Source: a virus
Taxonomy: Duplodnaviria; Caudoviricetes
IMG/VR virus record: IMGVR_UViG_3300005805_000108
Coordinates: 1-56,889 of that record
Strand: one strand, 5' to 3'
Length of the DNA: 56,889 nt
Shown here: piece after piece, positions 48,817-56,889 of the stretch
Numbering within the stretch: the first letter of the stretch is position 1
Layout: each line of letters starts with the position of its first letter
Position numbers and translations under genes: made by a program
The notes under the pieces: generated by a model
Database searches by the model: none
The model's input: only the letters and a program-made list of their open reading frames with translations
What the model was told of the DNA's origin: nothing

Positions 48817-50811
48817 ATGGCTGATATTTCGGTTGAAGAAATTAATAGATTGTTATCTATATTCGGAGATTTATCTGGCGCCAGCGCGGATGTTGCCAGA
48901 ACTCTAATTCAAGTTAGTCAACTGAATCAAACACAGTTAGGTACAGGGCAACAATTAATTACTGCAGAACGTCGCAAAATTGATCTAGCAAGACAGCAAG
49001 AAGAACGTGAAATAGCAATTGCCGGTGTTTTCAAAACATTATCTTCTACTATGGTTAGTACCATACAGGGATTTACCAGTGTAACCAGTCAACTATATGC
49101 ATCCACTAATGCATTCCAAAGTGCTCAAATCGGGGTCGATGGTTTTTCTAGTGTAATGAAATCCCTGTTAACAGTCTTAGAATCAGGGTCTGGTTTATTG
49201 GGATTGTTTAGTAGAGCTGTGGGGTTTGGATTATCGATATTTACAAAAGTTGCAAACAGCGGTCTAGACATTGCAGTTGGGGTAATTAAGTTTAGATTAG
49301 AAGCTGCAAAGACTATCACTGATTTATTTGTGAATCTTAATAAACAAGGTGCTATGTTTGGCGGCAATTTAAATTTACTATTAGATTCGGCGAAAGAGTC
49401 GGGTATTAATCTACAGGAATTTGGTAGATTTGTGCAATCTAGTATAGAGGCATTAAGTGGTTTTGGTGGTACAATCGCACAGTCCGCAGTAAAGGTTGGA
49501 AATTTAACAAATCGCATAGCTGAAGTAGATGAACCGTTGTTAGCCATGTATGGAAGTTTTCAATCATTAGCTGAAGCTACTGCACAATATATGAACTTGC
49601 AAAAGAGGTTGGGTCAATCAGAAATTGCAAATACTACAGATCAAGCAACTGCAGTATCTGAATACCTAAGAAATCAACGTTTGTTAACTGAATTGACAGG
49701 TAAAAACGTACAGGAACAACAACGAGAAATAGAAAGACGTAGAACTATTGCAGCATATACTGAAGCATTGCGACAGGAAGAAGATCAAACAACACGTAAT
49801 CAAATTGAATTTGTTGTAGGTTTAGCTGGTGAGTATGGGCCAAAAATGCAACAGGCTATACAAGAATTTTATCAAAATAACGGACAACTTATTAACGAAC
49901 AGAGTATTACTACTGCAACAATGAACAAACCTGTGTTTGATATGCTATCACAAATGCTGGCTGCAACAAGGCAGGCGCCCGAAGCGTTTAAATCTAGCAT
50001 GGGAAGTATCGCACAAGCTAGTAGAGACGGTATTTTAAGTATGCAAACTGTTATGAGTGAAACTGGCATGTTTATGCTTAATGCTAGTAGACGTGGTGGT
50101 GCTGTTTTAGATATTATAGGTGAAGTGGGCGGTAATGTAAGACGTGTTGATGCTGCAATCGGCAAATTACCAGACTTATTGGATAAATTTCAATTTGAAC
50201 AAGAAGGAGCTAAAGCAGGAAGTGCATTTTTTACTGGGGCAATAAGAGCACAAAATGAATTACAAAAAGAAATCGATGGCACAGTACGTAAACAGTTAGC
50301 ATCTTTGCCAGATATTGTTAGTGCTGCAATGAAATTAAATTCTGCTTTTATATCAGCACAGGAAGGAATAAGTGAAGTAGTTAATGCATTACTTGGAAAA
50401 GGCCCTGCACTGGCTGATGCTTTAGAAAAATTTAAAGATCAATTACAACAAGCATTTGAAGGTTTGATCGGTGGTAGAAAACAAAATACTCCAGGCGAAC
50501 CTCCGCCCAATATACCAACTCCGGGGGCTGGTTTACCAGGTCCTGTTTTAGCGAGCGCTCGAACTGGTATTTCTGCAGATAATATTTTTGCTTTGGTAGC
50601 ATCTTTGGCTCAGAATAGACCAGAATTAACTACGGTTCAACCTGTGGCTGCGACTGCACCCGTAGCTGCAACCACAGTTTCTGTTCCTGCAATGAATTTA
50701 GATCCCTTATTGGCCGCATTACAAGAACAAACTACATTAAATACAGAGATTAGAGATCAACTTCGAGATAGTAATGATATTCAAAGACGTATATATCAGG
50801 CAACAGTATAA
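48817..50811 (+). CDS. Probable tail tape-measure protein
   Basis: 664 aa, Ala/Gln/Gly-rich predicted helical sequence with hydrophobic stretch; next to hub assembly genes. Confidence 0.55.
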   Translation: MADISVEEINRLLSIFGDLSGASADVARTLIQVSQLNQTQLGTGQQLITAERRKIDLARQQEEREIAIAGVFKTLSSTMVSTIQGFTSVTSQLYASTNAFQSAQIGVDGFSSVMKSLLTVLESGSGLLGLFSRAVGFGLSIFTKVANSGLDIAVGVIKFRLEAAKTITDLFVNLNKQGAMFGGNLNLLLDSAKESGINLQEFGRFVQSSIEALSGFGGTIAQSAVKVGNLTNRIAEVDEPLLAMYGSFQSLAEATAQYMNLQKRLGQSEIANTTDQATAVSEYLRNQRLLTELTGKNVQEQQREIERRRTIAAYTEALRQEEDQTTRNQIEFVVGLAGEYGPKMQQAIQEFYQNNGQLINEQSITTATMNKPVFDMLSQMLAATRQAPEAFKSSMGSIAQASRDGILSMQTVMSETGMFMLNASRRGGAVLDIIGEVGGNVRRVDAAIGKLPDLLDKFQFEQEGAKAGSAFFTGAIRAQNELQKEIDGTVRKQLASLPDIVSAAMKLNSAFISAQEGISEVVNALLGKGPALADALEKFKDQLQQAFEGLIGGRKQNTPGEPPPNIPTPGAGLPGPVLASARTGISADNIFALVASLAQNRPELTTVQPVAATAPVAATTVSVPAMNLDPLLAALQEQTTLNTEIRDQLRDSNDIQRRIYQATV

Positions 50812-50831
50812 AGAGGTTAAATAACAATACT

Positions 50832-52538
50832 ATGGGTTGGAAAAAATATTTTCGTACAGTTAATACCAGTGGCAACATAAGTCCTATTGGTGCAGGGCAA
50901 CCCCCTTCCATGGGATTTAAAAACTATCAAAGTAATTTGCCCGAAGTTTATATAGGGCATCCAAATCGTATTGAACGTTATAATCAATACGAACAAATGG
51001 ATATGGACAGCGAAATTAATGCAGCCTTAGATATTTTAGCTGAATTCAGTACACAATTAAACAAAGAAAATGGCACACCATTTAAGTTTTATTGGAAGGA
51101 AAAACCCACAGAAAACGAAGTTAAAATTATTAAAGAGACACTAAATCAATGGATTAATTTAAATGAATTAGATAAACGTATGTTTAAAATCTTTAGAAAC
51201 TGTATCAAGTATGGTGATCAAGTATTTCTAAGGGATCCAGAAACATTTAAATTATTTTGGGTTGAAATGAGTAAGGTTACAAAAATTATTGTCAATGAAG
51301 CAGAAGGTAAAAAACCTGAGCAATATATTGTAAAAGATCTGGCTCCAAATTTTGAAAATCTTACAGCAACTACTATAAATGCCACTGATATCAGTGTAAA
51401 TCATCCCCAAGTAGGTGGTCCCAGTGGTGCATATATACAGCCTAAAACGCCTTATAGTGGGGGATCTAGATTCAGCCATGCTCAAAATGAAAATACTATA
51501 AATGCAGAACACGTAGTACATCTTAGTTTAACAGAAGGTTTAGATTTTAGTTGGCCATTTGGAAACAGTGTATTAGAAAACGTATTTAAAGTTTTTAAAC
51601 AAAAAGAATTGTTGGAAGATGCAATCTTAATTTACCGTGTGCAACGTGCACCTGAACGTAGAATGTTCAAGATTGATGTAGGTAATATGCCTAGTCATAT
51701 GGCTATGGCCTTCGTAGAACGAGTAAAAAATGAAATAAGTCAACGCCGTATACCAACTCAAACTGGCGGTGGCCAGAATATGATGGATGCAACTTATAAT
51801 CCTTTAAGCACCAATGAAGATTATTTTTTCCCTGTAACCGCAGAGGGAAGGGGTAGCAGCGTAGAAATATTACAGGGCGGACAAAATCTAGGCGAAATTA
51901 CAGATTTACATTTCTTTACTAACAAACTGTTCAGGGGATTACGTATACCTGCTAGTTATTTGCCAACTGGTATGGACACCGGAGTCGACGGAAATAATTG
52001 GAATGACGGTAAAGTAGGGACTAGTCTTATTCAAGAATGGCGTTTTAATCAGTATTGTATGAGATTACAAAAAAGTATTATTCAAAAAATGGATCAAGAA
52101 TTTAAGATGTTTATGCGTTGGAGAGGCATTAATATCGACGGTGGGATTTTTGAATTGCAGTTTAATGATCCACAAAACTTTGCCAGTTATCGTCAAGCTG
52201 AATTAGACACAACACGTATTAATGCATTTGGCTCAATTGAACAGGTTCCATACTTAAGTAAGAGATTCTTATTGAAACGCTTCCTAGGACTATCTGAAGA
52301 GGAAATGACCGAAAATGAAGAAATGTGGCGTGAAGAACAGGGTGACGTAAAAGAAGCACCAGCACCAGAATCTGGATTACGCAGTGTAGGTATCACCCCC
52401 GGATCAATAGGTACAGACATGGGTCAATTAGGGGCTGTACCAGGAATTGATCAACAAGCCGCACCTATTGATCAGTCTGTAGCGGGCGGATCTCCTGGTG
52501 CTGCTGTTCCAACAGGTGCGGTTCCACCCCCTCTATAA
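50832..52538 (+). CDS. gp20: Portal protein gp20-like
   Basis: LLEDAILIYRVQRAPERRMFKIDVGNMP, EDYFFP, L.GGQNLG, LRIP.S motifs. Confidence 0.95.
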   Translation: MGWKKYFRTVNTSGNISPIGAGQPPSMGFKNYQSNLPEVYIGHPNRIERYNQYEQMDMDSEINAALDILAEFSTQLNKENGTPFKFYWKEKPTENEVKIIKETLNQWINLNELDKRMFKIFRNCIKYGDQVFLRDPETFKLFWVEMSKVTKIIVNEAEGKKPEQYIVKDLAPNFENLTATTINATDISVNHPQVGGPSGAYIQPKTPYSGGSRFSHAQNENTINAEHVVHLSLTEGLDFSWPFGNSVLENVFKVFKQKELLEDAILIYRVQRAPERRMFKIDVGNMPSHMAMAFVERVKNEISQRRIPTQTGGGQNMMDATYNPLSTNEDYFFPVTAEGRGSSVEILQGGQNLGEITDLHFFTNKLFRGLRIPASYLPTGMDTGVDGNNWNDGKVGTSLIQEWRFNQYCMRLQKSIIQKMDQEFKMFMRWRGINIDGGIFELQFNDPQNFASYRQAELDTTRINAFGSIEQVPYLSKRFLLKRFLGLSEEEMTENEEMWREEQGDVKEAPAPESGLRSVGITPGSIGTDMGQLGAVPGIDQQAAPIDQSVAGGSPGAAVPTGAVPPPL

Positions 52539-52549
52539 TAAATAATATT

Positions 52550-52777
52550 ATGAACTTATTTGAAATTTTTCAGCCTGAGGCACATGGTTATGAATCAAAA
52601 AAAGATGATCATTCTGTGGCTCAGCCTAAGCAAACTAGACGTTCTAAACTTACATTAAAACGTTTAAGTAAATTGCGTATGGTTAATGACGTAAGAAAAT
52701 TAGAGCATGAAAAATATTTAGAAAAAGTCAGTAAACAATACAAATTACCAACACAAACCTCAGGTTTGTCGTTGTAA
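52550..52777 (+). CDS. Small basic protein in head module (possible prohead core component)
   Basis: 75 aa between portal and acidic core gene; late box 5 nt upstream. Confidence 0.6.
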   Translation: MNLFEIFQPEAHGYESKKDDHSVAQPKQTRRSKLTLKRLSKLRMVNDVRKLEHEKYLEKVSKQYKLPTQTSGLSL

Positions 52778-52880
52778 CTTATCAAAAAACCTTCAAAATC
52801 ATAGCTTAAAACGCCTTTTTTTAATAACTGTAGTAAATAATTACAGAGTTACCTTTATATTTTAAAAAGGATTAAGTGAT

Positions 52881-53828
52881 ATGTCTAAGTATGAGAAGCT
52901 TATAGAATACATCATTAATGATGAAGAAGACAAAGCTCGTCAACTATTTCACGAAATAGTTGTTGAGAAAAGTCGTGAAATTTATGAGTCATTAATGGAC
53001 GAGGATGAGATGTATGAAATGGGACATGGCCATGTAGGTGGTGATCCTGTTGAAAGTTTAGTCGACGAAGTTACTGGCGACGAAGAAGGGATGCAAGAAG
53101 CAGCCGATGACAGCATGGACATGGACATGGATATGGAAATGGATGCTGAACTAGATGACACCAATGGTGATCTAGATAGTATGGATGCCGAAATGGACAG
53201 TGACGATGGTATGGGCGATGACATTCAGGATCGCGTAATGGATCTAGAAGATGCTCTTGATGAATTAAAAGCAGAATTTGATGCATTAATGGCAGATGAT
53301 GACAGCGATGACATGGATGACATGGATGATGCTGCAGATGAAGAAGATGTAGAAGATTCTGAAGAAGATGATCAAGAAGAAGCTCTACAAGAAGCTCGTG
53401 CTAAAAAAGACGATAAGAAAAAGAAACTTATGGATGCAGATAAAAAGCACATGAGTGAAGCTGCTCGTCTACGTGAATACACCGAAAAGTTAGGTGATGT
53501 ATACAAACAAGATCCTGCTAAAGGTGAAGGTCATGAGGTAGGTAAAGGTGGAAGTGTTAGTGTAGATAAAAAATCCGTTGTAGCAGGTAAAAATGATATG
53601 GGCGGATCTACTGCTAACATAGCTAAAGGCGGATCAGAGCAAGATCCTGACAACAAGCCAATCCCTGAGCCTAAGAATGAGTATGCAAAAGGCAAAACAG
53701 ATGTAAAACATGCCAATGAGTGGAAAAACAAAGTTGGTGGTAACACCGGTAGTTTTAAACAAAAAGCTCCTGCAGCCAAAACTGGTGAAGAAGGTGGTAC
53801 AAACGAACGTAGTCCATTAGCAAAATAA
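52881..53828 (+). CDS. Highly acidic prohead core/scaffold-like protein
   Basis: Asp/Glu/Met-rich centre, Lys/Gly-rich tail, AAGGA RBS; position before gp21. Confidence 0.65.
   Translation: MSKYEKLIEYIINDEEDKARQLFHEIVVEKSREIYESLMDEDEMYEMGHGHVGGDPVESLVDEVTGDEEGMQEAADDSMDMDMDMEMDAELDDTNGDLDSMDAEMDSDDGMGDDIQDRVMDLEDALDELKAEFDALMADDDSDDMDDMDDAADEEDVEDSEEDDQEEALQEARAKKDDKKKKLMDADKKHMSEAARLREYTEKLGDVYKQDPAKGEGHEVGKGGSVSVDKKSVVAGKNDMGGSTANIAKGGSEQDPDNKPIPEPKNEYAKGKTDVKHANEWKNKVGGNTGSFKQKAPAAKTGEEGGTNERSPLAK
53114..53143 (+). repeat. ATGGA(C/T/A) hexamer tandem repeat (MDMDMDMEMD)
   Basis: atggac atggac atggat atggaa atggat. Confidence 0.75.
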
Positions 53829-53838
53829 GGAAATTACT

Positions 53839-54471
53839 ATGCATATCCTCAGAGAGCATTTGAGTTTTGATAGCGCAGAGATGCGTCTTATCTCTGAGGA
53901 TACAGCCACAGGCGGAAAAAATCTCTATATGGAGGGAATCTGTCTGCAAGGTGGTGTCCTTAATGAGAATGGTAGAGTATACGAAGTCAGAGAAATTGGT
54001 AAAGCAGTTGACTTAATTAATGAAAAAATTAAGAAAGGTCAAAGTGTTTTAGGAGAAGTTGATCATCCAGACGATTTAAAAATCAATTTAGATCGTGTTT
54101 GTCATAACATTATCAGAATGTGGATGGATGGTCCCAATGGCTTTGGCAAATTAAAAATACTTCCAACGCCCATGGGTAATCTGATTAAAGCCATGCTAGA
54201 AAGCGGTGTGAAGTTAGGAGTTTCCAGTCGCGGTCAAGGTAATGTGGATCGTAACGGAAAAGTTAGTGATTTCGAAATAGTAACAGTAGATATTGTTGCA
54301 CAACCTAGTGCACCAAATGCCTATCCTACTCCTGTATATGAGGGAGTTAAAAACTCGCGTTATGGACATAGATTGTTAGAAATGTCCGATGAAGCCAGTA
54401 AGGATCCTAAGGTACAGCGTTATCTAAAAGAAGAAGTCACAAGGTTGATTAAAGAGTTAAAAATTAAATAG
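53839..54471 (+). CDS. gp21: Prohead protease gp21-like
   Basis: NENGRVY, GEVDHP, TPMG, GVSSRG.G, DIVAQPSAPNA motifs. Confidence 0.95.
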   Translation: MHILREHLSFDSAEMRLISEDTATGGKNLYMEGICLQGGVLNENGRVYEVREIGKAVDLINEKIKKGQSVLGEVDHPDDLKINLDRVCHNIIRMWMDGPNGFGKLKILPTPMGNLIKAMLESGVKLGVSSRGQGNVDRNGKVSDFEIVTVDIVAQPSAPNAYPTPVYEGVKNSRYGHRLLEMSDEASKDPKVQRYLKEEVTRLIKELKIK

Positions 54472-54482
54472 GAGAATGATCC

Positions 54483-55586
54483 ATGTTCGATGCTATCAAG
54501 CCATTAGTAGATAGTGGAATCATTAACGAAGACACTCAACAAGCTTTAACCGAAGCCTGGGAGTCAAAGTTAAATGAAGCACGTGAACAGATTCGTAGTG
54601 AAGTACGAACCGAGTTTGCAAATCGTTATGAACATGATAAGGGTATGATGGTAGAAGCCCTAGACAAAATGATCACTGAAAGTCTCCAATCTGAAATACT
54701 TGAATTTCGTCAAGAAAAACAAAATATTGCAGCAGATCGTGTACGTCAAAGTCGTCGTATGACAGAAGCTGCTGCACGTTTTGAAAAGTTTTTAGTTCAA
54801 AAATTAGCAGAAGAAGTTCGTGAACTACACGAAGATCGTAAATCTGCTCGTGGTGTAACTAATAAACTAGAGCAATTTGTAATTCAACAACTTGCAGAAG
54901 AAATTCAAGAGTTCAGTCAAGACAAAAAGGACGTTATTGCCACTAAAGTACGTTTAGTTAGTGAAGCAAGAGAAAAAATGGAAGCTTTACAGCAAAAATT
55001 TATTAAACGTTCTGCTGGTCTAGTCGAGAACACAGTAACCAAGAGTCTTAAAGGCGAGTTAACTCAACTTAAAGAAGATATTCAAGCAGCTCGTGAAAAT
55101 AATTTCGGACGTAAACTTTTCGAAGCTTTTGCTAGTGAATTTGCAATCAGTTATCTCAATGAGAATAAAGAGATTGTAAATTTACGTAAACAGCTTGAAC
55201 AAAAACATCAAGAAGTTATGGAAGCACAGAACCAAGTTGTAGAAAAAGAAACTTTAATTGAGTCACGTAACCGTGAGATCCAAATCATAAAAGAGGAGAC
55301 ACAGCGCAAGGAAACAATGAATGAGCTGTTGAAACCCCTTAACAAAGAGAAGCAGGCAGTAATGAGCCAACTTCTTGAATCAGTGCAGACCGATAGGTTA
55401 CGGTCCGCATTTGAAAAGTATCTACCTGCAGTACTTAACAATTCAGCTAATGCACAGCCTACCAAGGCTCGTCAGTCATTGACTGAAAGTCGTGTTGAAG
55501 TAACAGGAGATAAAACTGCTAAAACTATCGCTGAACCCGAATACAATAATGTAATCGATCTAAAGCGTCTAGCAGGGCTTAACTAA
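54483..55586 (+). CDS. gp22: Prohead scaffolding protein gp22-like
   Basis: Long coiled-coil, FEAF motif, position between gp21 and gp23, AGGAG RBS. Confidence 0.8.
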   Translation: MFDAIKPLVDSGIINEDTQQALTEAWESKLNEAREQIRSEVRTEFANRYEHDKGMMVEALDKMITESLQSEILEFRQEKQNIAADRVRQSRRMTEAAARFEKFLVQKLAEEVRELHEDRKSARGVTNKLEQFVIQQLAEEIQEFSQDKKDVIATKVRLVSEAREKMEALQQKFIKRSAGLVENTVTKSLKGELTQLKEDIQAARENNFGRKLFEAFASEFAISYLNENKEIVNLRKQLEQKHQEVMEAQNQVVEKETLIESRNREIQIIKEETQRKETMNELLKPLNKEKQAVMSQLLESVQTDRLRSAFEKYLPAVLNNSANAQPTKARQSLTESRVEVTGDKTAKTIAEPEYNNVIDLKRLAGLN

Positions 55587-55613
55587 AACCCTAATTAGGA
55601 GAAAGGTAAAAAA

Positions 55614-56798
55614 ATGTCACAAGTACTATTAGAGGGCCGTTGGGGCGAAACAAAAGAAGCCCTTCTAGAAGGCCTAAACGGTTCACGTAGAACCACAATG
55701 GGTGTAATCCTCGAGAACACCCGCAAGCACTTAATGGAAGCTGCTACCGCTGGATCAACATCAGCTGGTAACGTTGCTACACTTAATCGTGTAATTCTTC
55801 CAGTAATCCGTCGTGTTATGCCTACTGTTATTGCTAACGAAATCGTTGGTGTACAACCAATGACTGGTCCAGTAGCACAGATCCATACACTACGTGTTCG
55901 CTATGCTGAAACTACTAGCGTATCGGCTCCTAGCCCATTTGATACTGCTACTACTGCTGGCGACGAGGCTTTAAGTCCATTTAAGATTGCTACTGCTTAT
56001 TCAGGTAGCTTGACAACTGGGCGTGCTACTTCAACTAGTGCTTTAGAAGGTGTACCAGGTCGTAAGATTAATGTACAAATTCTAAAACAGGTTGTAGAAG
56101 CTAAAACTCGTAAACTCAGCGCACGTTGGACTTTTGAAGCTGCTCAAGATGCACAGAGCATGCACGGTCTAGATATTGAAGCTGAAATTATGGCTGCTCT
56201 TGCACAAGAAATTACAGTTGAGATCGATCAAGAAGTTCTCGGTAGCTTACGTGCTCTAGCTGCTACTGATTTTGCTTACGATCAGGCCGCTGTTTCTGGT
56301 ACTGCAACATTCGTTGGTGACGAACATGCTGCTCTTGCTGTTCTAATCAATCGTGCTGCAAACTTGATTGCTCAGCGTACACGTCGCGGTGCTGGTAATT
56401 GGGCAGTTGTTAGCCCTGCTAGCTTGACAGTACTACAGAGTGCTACTACTAGTGCTTTCGCACGTACTACAGAAGGTACGTTCGAAGCTCCTACTAACAC
56501 TAAGTTTGTTGGAACACTAAATGGCGCAATGCGTATCTACGTCGACAGCTATGCAAGTGATACACAGGCTGTTCTAGTTGGTTATAAAGGCTCAAGTGAA
56601 GCTGATGCTGCTGCATTCTATTGCCCATATATCCCGCTAATGAGCTCTGGAGTTGTACTTGATCCAAGTACCTTCGAGCCAGTAGTTGGCTTTATGACAC
56701 GTTATGGATATGTAGAACTTACAAATACTGCTTCATCGCTTGGTAATGCTGGTGATTATTTAAGCGAAATCAGTGTTGCTAATCTTAGCTTCCAATAA
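55614..56798 (+). CDS. gp23: Major capsid protein gp23-like
   Basis: RRVMP, GVQPMTGP, AKTRKL.A.WT.E.AQD, EIDQE, VGYKG, FYCPYIPL, TRYG motifs; AGGAGA RBS. Confidence 0.97.
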   Translation: MSQVLLEGRWGETKEALLEGLNGSRRTTMGVILENTRKHLMEAATAGSTSAGNVATLNRVILPVIRRVMPTVIANEIVGVQPMTGPVAQIHTLRVRYAETTSVSAPSPFDTATTAGDEALSPFKIATAYSGSLTTGRATSTSALEGVPGRKINVQILKQVVEAKTRKLSARWTFEAAQDAQSMHGLDIEAEIMAALAQEITVEIDQEVLGSLRALAATDFAYDQAAVSGTATFVGDEHAALAVLINRAANLIAQRTRRGAGNWAVVSPASLTVLQSATTSAFARTTEGTFEAPTNTKFVGTLNGAMRIYVDSYASDTQAVLVGYKGSSEADAAAFYCPYIPLMSSGVVLDPSTFEPVVGFMTRYGYVELTNTASSLGNAGDYLSEISVANLSFQ

Positions 56799-56818
56799 TT
56801 TAAACTTAGGTTTAAATG

Positions 56819-56848
56819 TAAAAACCCGCTTCGGCGGGTTTTTTTTTG
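56819..56848 (+). terminator. Rho-independent terminator after gp23
   Basis: AAAACCCGC-TTCG-GCGGGTTTT stem with cUUCGg loop followed by a T run. Confidence 0.93.
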
Positions 56849-56889
56849 ATAATTAGAAAGTTTTTATATATAATTAAATGTAGTTCAAA

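Noticed and set aside
183-55465. Numerous short antisense or nested ORFs in the track (e.g. 8933-9265, 16848-17180, 49125-49547, 52982-53224)
   Set aside because: They lie opposite or within well-supported genes, lack motifs, and reflect codon bias of the real strand.
1-56889. Stop-codon reassignment
   Set aside because: Very long ORFs are intact under the standard code and TAA, TAG and TGA all end genes at sensible boundaries.
1-56889. CRISPR array or IS element
   Set aside because: No regularly spaced direct repeats, transposase or integrase were seen.

Overview
AT-rich (about 30% GC) fragment of a large, distantly T4-related myovirus (jumbo-phage-like gene order), standard genetic code. 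Left to right: (1) 1-13.5 kb, an accessory modification cluster with four radical-SAM enzymes, four glycosyltransferase-like proteins, an NDP-sugar epimerase, a 2OG-Fe(II) oxygenase, an SDR, a methyltransferase and a dCMP deaminase. (2) 13.5-41.4 kb, a minus-strand tail-fibre/baseplate module including a 4375-aa wedge protein and gp6-, gp25-, gp5-, hub-, gp53- and gp48/54-like genes. (3) 41.5-47.3 kb, late sigma factor gp55, gp47, gp46 and a Holliday-junction resolvase. (4) A GC-rich, heavily base-paired intergenic element of about 400 nt. (5) gp51/gp26, a probable tape measure, and the head module (gp20, core proteins, gp21, gp22, gp23) with a terminator. Main observations: gp46 (Rad50/SbcC ATPase) is fractured inside its Walker A motif by an atypically split intein (37-aa IntN, 124-aa IntC) with a free-standing Vsr-like endonuclease gene between the halves; a candidate large structured ncRNA lies at 47.27-47.67 kb; gp55 appears to start at AUU; several genes look leaderless; and the radical-SAM/glycosyltransferase cluster is functionally unexplained. 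All calls come from motif reading only; no database searches were run.
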